Shown here: positions 1-9,088 of the stretch, one piece after another
Layout: every line of letters starts with the position of its first letter
How positions within the stretch are numbered: position 1 is the first letter of the stretch
NCBI GenBank assembly: GCA_965205655.1
Contig: CBDBIJ010000122.1
Coordinates: 1 to 26,871, forward strand
Length of the DNA: 26,871 nt
Source of the DNA: Candidatus Latescibacterota bacterium
GTDB lineage: Bacteria > Latescibacterota > UBA2968 > UBA8231
Direction: 5' to 3'
The notes under the pieces: generated by a model
What the model saw: only the letters and a program-made list of their open reading frames with translations
What the model was told of the DNA's origin: nothing
The model's database searches: none
Position numbers and translations under genes: made by a program

Positions 1-2
1 TG

Positions 3-146
3 CTCGCCGTCCTGCGCCGTGTTGGAGACAGAGCCGACATCGTCGTCGGCACGTGCCGGCGACGGGGACCCTGCGCCGGCCAGGGGCTGCCCTCGGTGGG
101 CCTCGTAGACACGACGCCACGGCAACCGGAGGATCTGGCAGCGTGA
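3..146 (+). CDS. Possible 3' end of an upstream gene (partial, function unknown)
   Basis: Frame is open from the window edge (LAVLRRVGDRADIVVG...PEDLAA*) to TGA 144-146, which overlaps GTG 143 of the next gene in a GTGA arrangement typical of coupled genes. Confidence 0.35.
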   Translation, partial: LAVLRRVGDRADIVVGTCRRRGPCAGQGLPSVGLVDTTPRQPEDLAA

Positions 147-2008
147 GCGGGAATACACTCGTGAGAAGCGTTTTGCGATACGGACGCGGTGGACTCCGTA
201 TCATGACGGTCTTCCTCGCCGCCCGGCTGGCGCCCGCTCACGCCATCGAACCGGACGCGCTCAATTTCATGCCAGTAGATGAAGTCGAACGAGGGATGAA
301 GGGATTCGGCCTGACCGTGTTCGAGGGTACGCGCATCGACACATTTCAGGTAGAGATTCTCGGAGTGGAGCGCGGCAGCTGGCCGAAGAAGAATATCGTC
401 TGGGGCCGGATGGAGGGTGGACCTCTCGAGAAAACGGGGATCATCGCCGGCATGAGCGGCAGCCCCGTCTACATCGACGACAGACTTCTCGGTGCCGTGG
501 CCTTCGGTTGGGGAGCCGCAACAGAGCCTCTGTGCGGCATCACGCCTATCGGGGAGATGCTCGAAGAGGCCCTGGACAGGCAGCAACGGGACCGCTTCGA
601 CATCGGGGAGGGCGAGACACACGGCATGTGGCAGATCCCGGAGCGACCGTGGGACAGCCCACCGCTACCGTCGATCGCGGCGGAGTACCTACAACCGAGT
701 AACTCGACGCTCGAAAGCGGCGGGGCAACGACGATGATACCGGTGTCGACGCCGTTGATGATATCCGGCTTCGACGGGGAAACCTTCGGCATGGTCTCAC
801 GTGTCCTGGGGCGAATGGGTTTCGTGCCGATGGAAGGCGGCGGAGGAGAATCCCGGACGGTTCGGGAGTCGCCGCAGTTGGAGCCTGGTTCATCCGTGGG
901 AGTCCAATTGATCAGGGGCGATTTCAGCGCCGCAGCGCTGGGTACTCTCACGCACCGAGACGGCGACAACGTCATCGCCTTCGGCCACGCCATGCGCTCG
1001 TTCGGCGATGTCGATTGGCCGATGGCGACGATGGATGTTCACTTCGTCGTGCCCAGTATTTTCGTGTCGTTCAAATTCGGCTCCGTCATCGAGGCTGTGG
1101 GTAGGGTGGCCCAGGACAGATCCGCAGCGATTTCCGGAGTCGTCGGATCCGCGCCGACGATGATCGCGATGAACGTCGACGTGGAGTCCCCGGAGGGCAC
1201 GGAGGACTATCACTACGAGATCGTCAGGGACCGGATGTGGACCCCCGGGCTGGCGTGGTACACCGTCGTGGCCACTATCGGAGCCGCCGGCAAGCTCTAT
1301 GGCGACTACTCCGTCGGCCTCGAGGCAACAGTGGACCTGGCAGGACACGAGCCGCTCGCCGTGCGGAATATGTTCTCGAGCAACTACGCGCCGTCGGAGG
1401 CGGCCTTCTACATTATGAAATTGCTTTCGACCCTGCTGGAAAACGAGTTCGAGGAGGTTTATTTCGAAGACGTGGCCCTGAAGCTGTCGCTGATAGAGAA
1501 GCCCAGGACAGCTACGCTCGAGTCGATCCGACTGAACAAAGACGCGGTCAGGCCGGGTGAATCTCTGCAAATCACGCTGCTGACCAGACCGGTACTCGGG
1601 GAGGTGGTGAGGTCGACCGTGGACATCCGGGTTCCGGAGGACATGCCAGAAGGGGTGCTGGAGGTCCGCGTATACGACGCCCACACGGCGCGCCTCGTTG
1701 AGCAGCGGCGCGCACCTGCCAAGGGTAGACCGAAAAGCATGGAAGGGCTTCTCGATTTCATCGAAGAGCTGCCGCGCAACAACGAGCTGATTGCGGATCT
1801 CCTCTCCCGTCGGCCGGGGGCGACTGTCGGATCGGTCGAGCTGGTCTCGTTGCCCGCTTCGAGGATGTCGGTGCTCCGGACGACGCGGCAGTCCGGCGAA
1901 ATGGCGGCAACTCAGGGAACCATCGTCGCCACCAAAAAGATTCCGATGGATGTCGTCGTCCGCGGACAGAGAAGCTTGCCGGTGCGAGTGGATCGCCGGG
2001 CGAGATAG
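143..2008 (+). CDS. SpoIVB-like peptidase S55 domain protein, probably secreted
   Basis: Contains GIIAGMSGSPVYIDDRLLGAV (SpoIVB catalytic Ser motif) and LGTLT...IAFGH (His motif). A signal-like N-terminus ends in AHA. The start is uncertain: GTG 143 follows GGAGG 128-132, alternatives are GTG 161 and ATG 203, and the ORF track starts at 53. Confidence 0.8.
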   Translation: MSGNTLVRSVLRYGRGGLRIMTVFLAARLAPAHAIEPDALNFMPVDEVERGMKGFGLTVFEGTRIDTFQVEILGVERGSWPKKNIVWGRMEGGPLEKTGIIAGMSGSPVYIDDRLLGAVAFGWGAATEPLCGITPIGEMLEEALDRQQRDRFDIGEGETHGMWQIPERPWDSPPLPSIAAEYLQPSNSTLESGGATTMIPVSTPLMISGFDGETFGMVSRVLGRMGFVPMEGGGGESRTVRESPQLEPGSSVGVQLIRGDFSAAALGTLTHRDGDNVIAFGHAMRSFGDVDWPMATMDVHFVVPSIFVSFKFGSVIEAVGRVAQDRSAAISGVVGSAPTMIAMNVDVESPEGTEDYHYEIVRDRMWTPGLAWYTVVATIGAAGKLYGDYSVGLEATVDLAGHEPLAVRNMFSSNYAPSEAAFYIMKLLSTLLENEFEEVYFEDVALKLSLIEKPRTATLESIRLNKDAVRPGESLQITLLTRPVLGEVVRSTVDIRVPEDMPEGVLEVRVYDAHTARLVEQRRAPAKGRPKSMEGLLDFIEELPRNNELIADLLSRRPGATVGSVELVSLPASRMSVLRTTRQSGEMAATQGTIVATKKIPMDVVVRGQRSLPVRVDRRAR

Positions 2009-2018
2009 GATCGCAGAC

Positions 2019-4328
2019 ATGAAGCAGAAACCGACAGTGCCGACCGCGAAACTGAATTGGATCGGGCTGGCCGCCATCAGCGGCCTCATCCTCTACGGAG
2101 AGACAGCCGCGGTGACGCCCTCGTTCTGGAATGTGCGCACGCAGGTCAGTTTCTCCGAGGGAGAGCTGACGAACATTGCCGTGAACAGTCGCGGGCAGGT
2201 CACGCTGTCACCGCCGCTGAATCTTGTAGCCGATACAGGCGAGCTCTACGTATGGGCGATTTCGAGGGACCCGCAGGGGACCATTTTCGCAGGTACCGGC
2301 AACGATGGAAAAATCTTCAAACAGGAGAAGGGAGAGGATGCGTTTTCCCCCTACTGTGACCTCGATGAACCGGATGTCCTGAGCCTCGCTTTCGGCACCG
2401 ACGGCTCGATCTACGCGGGGACGTCCGTCACCGGCACCATCTACAAGATCGATCCCTCCGGCGACAGCTCAGTTTTTTTCGAAACGGGAGATCGCTACGT
2501 CTGGAACATGGTTGCCGGCGAAGATGGAGACATCTACGCCGGTACCGGCGACAAAGGACGAATCTACAGAATCAGTTCCGATGGCGAGGGGAGCGTATTC
2601 TTCGATTCGCCCGAGACTCATATCATGTCGTTGATCCGGGGAAGGGGCGAAGACGGCATCCTCTACGCGGGTGGTGAGGGACGCGGTATTGTCTACAAGC
2701 TGACAGCCCAGGGGGAATCGTTCGTGCTGTATGAAGCCGGTGAGAAAGAGGTGAGCGCTCTCGCTCTGGGCTGGGATGGGACGCTCTATGTCGGGGCAAC
2801 GTCGGGAACGGGACCCGGTCCCCAAACAGGGCCCACCCCAGCGTCCCCGCGGGTTCCATCACCAGATGAGCCTCGCAGCTCGGATCTGCGGGGAAGTGCT
2901 GCTTCCGCAACCGACTCTGCTGGCGCCCCGACCGAGGCCATCTCGCTTCCTGTACCGGTCGACGCGGCTGCCGCACAGGTGTCAGCGGGCCCTCCTTCAC
3001 CTCCTGCACAGGCGGTGCAGGCGCGCGGGCCTCGGCCGACCGGCCCGGGAGCGGGCTCGGCACTCTACACGATCGCCGCCGATGGTGTCGTCACGGAGGT
3101 CTGGCGCTCCAACGACGCCGTACTCCTGTCCCTGGCTGTGGCCGACCATGGCGATGTGGTGATCGGCACCGGCAACAAAGGGAACTTCTACAGCGTCGAT
3201 ACGCGAGAGGAAGGATGGGAGGTGTTGGCCCAGAGCGCGGAATCGCAGGTCACCACGATGCTGGCGCTCGATTCGGGTGAGATGCTGGTGGGAACGGCAA
3301 ACATGGGCAAGCTGTTCGCGATGGGTCCGGGACACGCATCGGAGGGGACACTCGAGTCGCTCACACACGACGCCTCCAGCCGGTCAAAGTGGGGTAGGCT
3401 CTCATGGGACGGGCGCCAGCCTCAAGGCACTCGTGTACAGCTATCCACGAGAAGCGGCAACACGTCCGAGCCGGACTCGAGTTGGAGCCCGTGGTCTGGC
3501 GCCGGCGCGATCGGGTCGCATTCGATTTCGAGCCCCAACGCCCGGTTCGTGCAATGGCGAGCGGAACTCGGTAGCTCGAAATCCGCAAGGACGCCACTGA
3601 TCCGGCAGGTCTCCCTGTCCTACCAGCAGAGGAACACGAAGCCGAAGGTGACGTCCGTCTCCATTGTGCCGGCTTCGGGAAACGCCGCGTCAGGCAGTTC
3701 GGGGGGCGCGAGGAGTCGTCAATCCCAGCCGGGAAAGAAGACGAGGTCCTCGGGGTCGCAAGCGAGCCCGGCCAAACCAGTCTCGGGAGTATGGACGATC
3801 ACGTGGCAGGCAGATGACGCCAACGGCGACCGACTTCGTCACAGTCTGCATTTCCGCGAATTCGACGGCGACGATGAATGGAAGGTCTTGAAGGAGGATC
3901 TGGAAGTGGCAACATACTCGCTGGATTCGACAGCGCTTCCGGACGGCCTCTACGTCATAAAGGCAGTCACCTCGGATGATCGCAGTAACTCCAGCGAGAC
4001 GGCACTCTCGGGCGAAAGGATGAGTGATCCGTTCCTGATAGACAACACCGCGCCGGAGCTGCAGGACATCGACGTCGACAGGGCGGGAGATGTGGCGGCG
4101 GTTACGGGAAGCGCACGTGATCGAACCGGACCTTTGAGGAGAGGGTACTACGCGGTGAACGGAGGAGAGTGGCTGCCCTTCTTTCCAACAGACGAGATTT
4201 TCGATTCCAGTGAAGAGGAGTTCACCTTCCGAGTGGATATTCCGGAGGGCAACAAGGCCACCCTCGTCGTTCGAGTGAGTGACCTGGCCGGCAACGTAGG
4301 GGTGCGAAGGTTCGTGGTGCTACCGTGA
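2019..4328 (+). CDS. Secreted beta-propeller repeat protein with C-terminal Ig/FN3-like domains
   Basis: ATG 2019 lies 10 nt after the upstream stop and follows AGGA. It has a signal-like N-terminus and seven repeats of type (I/L)YAGTGxxGxIY(K/R). The C-terminus is beta-rich (WQADDANGD, DGLYVIK, IDNTAP, VSDLAGN). Confidence 0.75.
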   Translation: MKQKPTVPTAKLNWIGLAAISGLILYGETAAVTPSFWNVRTQVSFSEGELTNIAVNSRGQVTLSPPLNLVADTGELYVWAISRDPQGTIFAGTGNDGKIFKQEKGEDAFSPYCDLDEPDVLSLAFGTDGSIYAGTSVTGTIYKIDPSGDSSVFFETGDRYVWNMVAGEDGDIYAGTGDKGRIYRISSDGEGSVFFDSPETHIMSLIRGRGEDGILYAGGEGRGIVYKLTAQGESFVLYEAGEKEVSALALGWDGTLYVGATSGTGPGPQTGPTPASPRVPSPDEPRSSDLRGSAASATDSAGAPTEAISLPVPVDAAAAQVSAGPPSPPAQAVQARGPRPTGPGAGSALYTIAADGVVTEVWRSNDAVLLSLAVADHGDVVIGTGNKGNFYSVDTREEGWEVLAQSAESQVTTMLALDSGEMLVGTANMGKLFAMGPGHASEGTLESLTHDASSRSKWGRLSWDGRQPQGTRVQLSTRSGNTSEPDSSWSPWSGAGAIGSHSISSPNARFVQWRAELGSSKSARTPLIRQVSLSYQQRNTKPKVTSVSIVPASGNAASGSSGGARSRQSQPGKKTRSSGSQASPAKPVSGVWTITWQADDANGDRLRHSLHFREFDGDDEWKVLKEDLEVATYSLDSTALPDGLYVIKAVTSDDRSNSSETALSGERMSDPFLIDNTAPELQDIDVDRAGDVAAVTGSARDRTGPLRRGYYAVNGGEWLPFFPTDEIFDSSEEEFTFRVDIPEGNKATLVVRVSDLAGNVGVRRFVVLP

Positions 4329-5027
4329 GGTCGCCTTTATTGCAGCGATCACCTCGTCCGTCGACATGACGTCGCCGCAGTCGATATCGATATCGAGGAG
4401 GTTGACTTCGTGCATGAGTTCGCAGCGTTCGCCGACGGCTTCACGGGGCACGATGACGCGAAACGCATTGCAGCCGTCGCGGCACGTGGCATAGACGCAA
4501 TGACTCGTACTTACCCCAGTGACGACCAGCGTATCCACTCCGAGCACGGTGAGCATGTCCTGGAAGTTGGTTCCGCTGAATGCCGAGGCGTAGGGTTTGT
4601 GGATGATTTTCTCGTTCGGGCGCCGACCCAACCTGGGATCGAGCTCCATGAGCTTGGTCCTCTCGGGAGAGTAGTCGGACCAGCCAGTTGCCTTCCCGGG
4701 GCGCTGCGGGTCTGCCGGATCGTTCGTGCCGGTGGTAAAAAAGATCGGCACCCCGGCATCCCTGCCGGCGTCGAGCAATCGAACCGTCGCCTCGACGACG
4801 CAATCGACGTTTGAGCCCATCATCCCATTCTGAGTTGTCCAGGCAAGGGCGAGGTCGATGACGGCGATTGCGGGGCGTTCGCCGAATCCAATCCGCGCTA
4901 CCCAGCCAACCTCGTCGTACCATTTTCGCAGCTGTTCGAAATGCGCTCTCAAGGGAGCGCGGAGGTCATCGGGCACGCGCAGCCCCTGCGTACCGCGGTC
5001 GTAATCTGGTGCAAACGGTTCAGACAT
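4320..5027 (-). CDS. Isochorismatase-family cysteine hydrolase (N-carbamoylsarcosine amidase/maleamate amidohydrolase-like)
   Basis: The Asp-Lys-Cys triad is present in AVID, KPYASAF and GVSTSHCV, along with a GFGERPA motif. A strong RBS (GAGGAGG) precedes ATG 5027. It overlaps the convergent gene by 9 nt. Confidence 0.85.
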   Translation of the reverse strand: MSEPFAPDYDRGTQGLRVPDDLRAPLRAHFEQLRKWYDEVGWVARIGFGERPAIAVIDLALAWTTQNGMMGSNVDCVVEATVRLLDAGRDAGVPIFFTTGTNDPADPQRPGKATGWSDYSPERTKLMELDPRLGRRPNEKIIHKPYASAFSGTNFQDMLTVLGVDTLVVTGVSTSHCVYATCRDGCNAFRVIVPREAVGERCELMHEVNLLDIDIDCGDVMSTDEVIAAIKATSR

Positions 5028-5153
5028 AACTTCCTCCTCTGTCGATGGCGCGGCGTCAAGGACGCTGGATAGGGGAAAGTATCTCTGGTCTGACAAGCGA
5101 GCAATACGCCTTGCTCGCATCAACCCGAGTCGGCAATTTGCACGCACGGGTTC

Positions 5154-6910
5154 GTGCAAATGCTGATTTCAACTATCGTAGTTGCCACCTTCCTCGCGAT
5201 TCACCTGCTGGCCGGAGCCGCCGCTACCAGCCGCGTCTGGGGGGTTCACTTCCTGGCGTATCATCCGCCGGTCTACTGGTGGCTGTTTGCCGCGGCGTCT
5301 GTGTGCTTGCTCCTTCCGGCGCCGCGCCGCCAGCTGATACGGGCCTCTGCAACGTTTGCCCGTCTTCTGCGAGGCCGGACGAGACAATACGCGGCCCTGT
5401 TCATCATTTTCGCCGCAGGATCGACCGCAGCCAGTGCGTTCCCTTCCGCCGTGCACCTGCTCGGCGACGGCTACCTCTACCTGAGCGAGCTGCCCGAGAG
5501 CACGATCCGCGTCGATCACTCGCCTCTCAGTTTTTGGCTGGTCCGACTGCTCTACGAGATCGGCAAATCCTCCCTGTCGGCGGAATCGACCTACCGGCTT
5601 TACAGCTATCTGTCAGGTCTTGCGTATGTCGCCCTGCTCCTCCCGCTCGCGCGAGCAATCGCCGTCGACAGAGCCGGACGTGCAGCGGTGATCGCGTTCC
5701 TGCTCACAGCGGGCTACGCGCAGGTGTTTTTCGGATACGTGGAGACCTACGGCCTCGTCTATGCCGCGACCCTGCTGTATCTGTTTGTCGGTGTGGAGGT
5801 TATCAGGGCGAGGCTGTCGTCGGTGGCGGCGGGTCTAACTCTCGGGGTCATCATTCCGCTGCACTTCCTGCTGGTGTGCCTGGTCCCTTCATTGCTCGTG
5901 CTCCTCTTTCTCAGGGATGGCGGGCTCGGATCTCGACATCGTGAAATCGCACCCGTTCACAACGCGGCGACGCGGGTAGCAACGCTCGCCGCCGTTCCGG
6001 CCGTCTCACTGAGTATCGTAGTGGCGATGGGAATCGATCCCCTCAACTACTTCGACTGGTTCGCGGGATCGCACGCCCTTCCCCTGACGTCGCCTCCGGG
6101 GGTGAAGGAGGCCTACGGTTTGCTTTCCCTCGGTCATCTTTCGGACCTGGTGAATCAGCAACTGCTGACGGCCTCGGCAGTTGCCATGGTCGTCGCCGCG
6201 CTTTGGGAACGCGCGCGTTCTCCGCGGATACACGGAGTCTCTTTCTGCTGGCGGCTGGGCTCGTTCCACTGGGGGCGACAGCGGTACTGAATCCGGAAAT
6301 CGGCGCCTTCCGCGACTGGGACGTGCTCGCCATTCCGTCCGTGCCGCTCACAGTGTGGGCGGCCGCCTCATTCACGAGAGCGACTGAGACATTCCCAAAT
6401 CGCGCCTCCACGGCTGTGTTGATCTGTGGCGCCGCCGGCATCCACACCTTGCTATGGATCGGGCTGAATGCGGACGAGGCCAGAGCCGAGCGCCGCTTCA
6501 CGGATCTACTGGAAACGGCGCCGCTTTCCGTGCACGCGAGATCGTATGGATGGGATTCAGTCGGCAGATACTACCGGGACATGGGTGAGACAATACTGGA
6601 GCTGGAAGCGAACGAGAACGCCACGGCGGCAAATCCCCGAAACGCGAGGCACTGGTTCAATACAGGATTGGCGTACTACCAGCTCGAGCAATTCAGAATG
6701 GCCATTTACTGCTGGGAGCGCGCAGTCGGGCTGGAGGAGGACCTTCTGGACGCATTCGACTACATGGCGCTGACGCACCATCGGCTCGGGGAAGCCGAGA
6801 AGGCCGAGGAGTATCTCAAAAGAATCCTTCAGCTGAACCCGGATCCCGAGCACGCGCAACGGATTCGAGAGTGGCTGACGACAAAGAGAGGCCGTCACCT
6901 CCGACGTTGA
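5154..6910 (+). pseudogene. Polytopic membrane protein with C-terminal TPR domain, interrupted by an apparent -1 frameshift near 6200 (ORFs 5154-6290 and 6203-6910)
   Basis: ORF1 has many hydrophobic helices (LLGDGY, FFGYVETY motifs). After about VVAAL the hydrophobic pattern continues in the overlapping frame (SLFLLAAGLVPL...NPEIGAFRDWDVL) and ends in TPR helices (NPRNARHWFNTGLAYY, AEEYLKRILQLNPD). This could be an assembly indel. Confidence 0.6.
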
Positions 6911-6922
6911 CGATCAGCGCGG

Positions 6923-7873
6923 TCAATCATTCCTTCCCGACCACTGTTCGATCTCGATGAGGGCGTTGGCGATGCGCTGTCTCAAGGCGTCGGCGGTCTC
7001 AGGCGTCCACTCATAGAATCCTTTTCCAGTCTTCATCCCCAGCTCTCCGCGCTCGACTTTCTCTCGCAGGATGGGGGAGACTTCCGTGGTGGAGGCGAGA
7101 TGGGGAAGGACGCTTGAGGCGATCGAGGAAACGATGTCCCAGCCGGCAATGTCGAAGACCTCGAAGATGCCCGCCACGGCCCAGCGGCGGCCGATGCTGC
7201 TCTTGATGGCGATGTCCACATCCCGTGCACTGGCGACGCCGTTCTCGACGAGCCACAAGGCCTCTCGCAGGAGCGCTCCCTGGAGGTGGTTGAGGACGAA
7301 CCCGGGCGTCTCTTTCCGCACGATGATTGGCCGCTTTTTCATGCCCGTCAGCAGATCGCAGACAGTCTGAACGGTTTCGTCGGAAGTGGCATCGGAGGGT
7401 ACAATTTCGACGAGTGGGATCAAGAAAGGTGGATTGATGTAGTGGGCAACGAGCAGTCTGTCACTTCGTGCGACCCCGGACGCCAGGGCGCTCGGCATCA
7501 AGCTCGATGTATTGCTGGCCAGGATGGTGCGTTCGGGACACTGTCTGTCGAGCTTCTCGAGGATCTGCTGCTTGAGGGCCAGATCTTCGAACACCGACTC
7601 GACGACGAAATCGATGTCGTCGACGGCCTCATCGAAATCAGTGGTCGCCGAAATCCGCGCCAACGCTGCGGAGGCCTGCTCGCGAGTGACCACTTCGAGT
7701 GACACGAGCCTTTCGAGATTGGAGTCAATACTCGAGAGCGCTCTGTCCAGGCTCTCCACCCTGCGGGAGTGCAGGCGCACGTCGTAGCCGGCAACGGCGA
7801 ACTCCTGGGCGATGCCGTGGCCCATCAACCCCGCACCGACCACACTCAGGCGCTTTATTTCGCCAGCGTTCAC
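6923..7873 (-). CDS. 3-hydroxyacyl-CoA dehydrogenase family protein (NAD-binding)
   Basis: Motifs: VVGAGLMGHGIA Rossmann, VVESVFEDLALK, ILASNTSS, HYINPP, GMKTGKGFY. GTG 7873 overlaps the upstream TGA (GTGA). Confidence 0.88.
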   Translation of the reverse strand: MNAGEIKRLSVVGAGLMGHGIAQEFAVAGYDVRLHSRRVESLDRALSSIDSNLERLVSLEVVTREQASAALARISATTDFDEAVDDIDFVVESVFEDLALKQQILEKLDRQCPERTILASNTSSLMPSALASGVARSDRLLVAHYINPPFLIPLVEIVPSDATSDETVQTVCDLLTGMKKRPIIVRKETPGFVLNHLQGALLREALWLVENGVASARDVDIAIKSSIGRRWAVAGIFEVFDIAGWDIVSSIASSVLPHLASTTEVSPILREKVERGELGMKTGKGFYEWTPETADALRQRIANALIEIEQWSGRND

Positions 7874-9033
7874 GGACTCAGCCTCGGTAGAGCCAGAGCC
7901 GCGGTAAGCAGCCCCAGCAACGCCAGTACTGCTGTGGCGAGCATTCCCAGCACTACAGGACGTGCCCCGCCCGACTTCATGGCCCGAAACTCGGTAGACA
8001 GTCCAACAGCGGCCATGGCGCAGGTAATCATCCACTTCGCCGCTTGCCCAAGGGTCCCGGCGAGGTCCAGATGCCGATCCTCAGCTCCGAATATCGATCG
8101 CTCCGACAGGTGCAGGGTGACTTCGGGAAAAAAACCTAGAGTGGACATCAGCGTCATTCCGAGAAACAGAGCGACAAAACCGGGAATCAGCTTTTCATAC
8201 GGGACCGGCTTGCCGACGTAGACCGTCTCCTGCCGCCGCCGATAGGCGTACCACGCACCCAACACAAACAGCGTCGGCGCCAGGAAGGAGATTCGCACCA
8301 GCTTGACGAGCGTCGCCAGCTCCCCGGCCACCTGACCGTCAAGGTGGTGAGCAAATCCGGCGGCGATAACCTGAGGGGTGGCGTGAATGGCGAGTCCGCA
8401 CCACATCCCAAACAGATCAGCCGGGAGATCAAAAGCGGAACCAAGAATCGGAAACGCCAACAAGGCAACGACACCGAGCAGATTGATGACCCCGACAGAG
8501 TAGGCCATTTCCTCTTCGTTCGCCTCTACGATCGGGGCCGCTGTGACGATAGCCGAGCTTCCGCAGATAGCGGTGCCCACGCCGATCAAGAGACCAAGCT
8601 TTGCGTCGACCCCAAGCCATTTCGCCAACACTCGCGTCAGCAGAATCGTGATTGCGATCAGGACCACCGCTCCGATGATTACGCGCCAGGCCACCTCCAC
8701 CAGGTCGTAGAAGTTCAGCATGGCGCCGAGCATCACGATGCCGACGGGCAGACCCTTCTTAATGACCGCGTCGAGACCCGGCTTGAGCAGTCGCGCAGCG
8801 GGGATGAGGTTGCGAACCACCATACCCATCAGCAGCGCCAGAAAAATGGCACTGATCGGCTGCTGTCCGCCGGACAGAGTGAAGGGCGGGTAGGGCAGGG
8901 TGTGAAGCTCAGCTGCAAGCCAGGTCAGGAGGACGCAACTGCACACCCCCATCCACGGGCTCTGCCTGGGCCAAATTGCCAGTTTCCTGCGGAGGCGAGC
9001 CTCGAAGGCCCGCTCGCTCTTGCTCAGATTCAT
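7870..9033 (-). CDS. YeiH/UPF0324 putative sulfate exporter family membrane protein
   Basis: Motifs: LIGVGTAICGSSAI, GLAIHATPQVIAAG, VKLVRI, AMAAVGL, with about 10 hydrophobic segments. Start placed at ATG 9033, downstream of cysK. Confidence 0.85.
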   Translation of the reverse strand: MNLSKSERAFEARLRRKLAIWPRQSPWMGVCSCVLLTWLAAELHTLPYPPFTLSGGQQPISAIFLALLMGMVVRNLIPAARLLKPGLDAVIKKGLPVGIVMLGAMLNFYDLVEVAWRVIIGAVVLIAITILLTRVLAKWLGVDAKLGLLIGVGTAICGSSAIVTAAPIVEANEEEMAYSVGVINLLGVVALLAFPILGSAFDLPADLFGMWCGLAIHATPQVIAAGFAHHLDGQVAGELATLVKLVRISFLAPTLFVLGAWYAYRRRQETVYVGKPVPYEKLIPGFVALFLGMTLMSTLGFFPEVTLHLSERSIFGAEDRHLDLAGTLGQAAKWMITCAMAAVGLSTEFRAMKSGGARPVVLGMLATAVLALLGLLTAALALPRLSP

Positions 9034-9088
9034 CCGCTCAGGAAGCCGGTTGAAAAGGTCCGATGAACCGAATCGGCTCTGTGAGATC

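Noticed and set aside
1791..2018. N-terminal extensions given by the ORF track (1791, 5159, 8035, 9240 starts)
   Set aside because: They mostly overlap neighbouring genes and lack an RBS. Downstream starts fit the family boundaries better.
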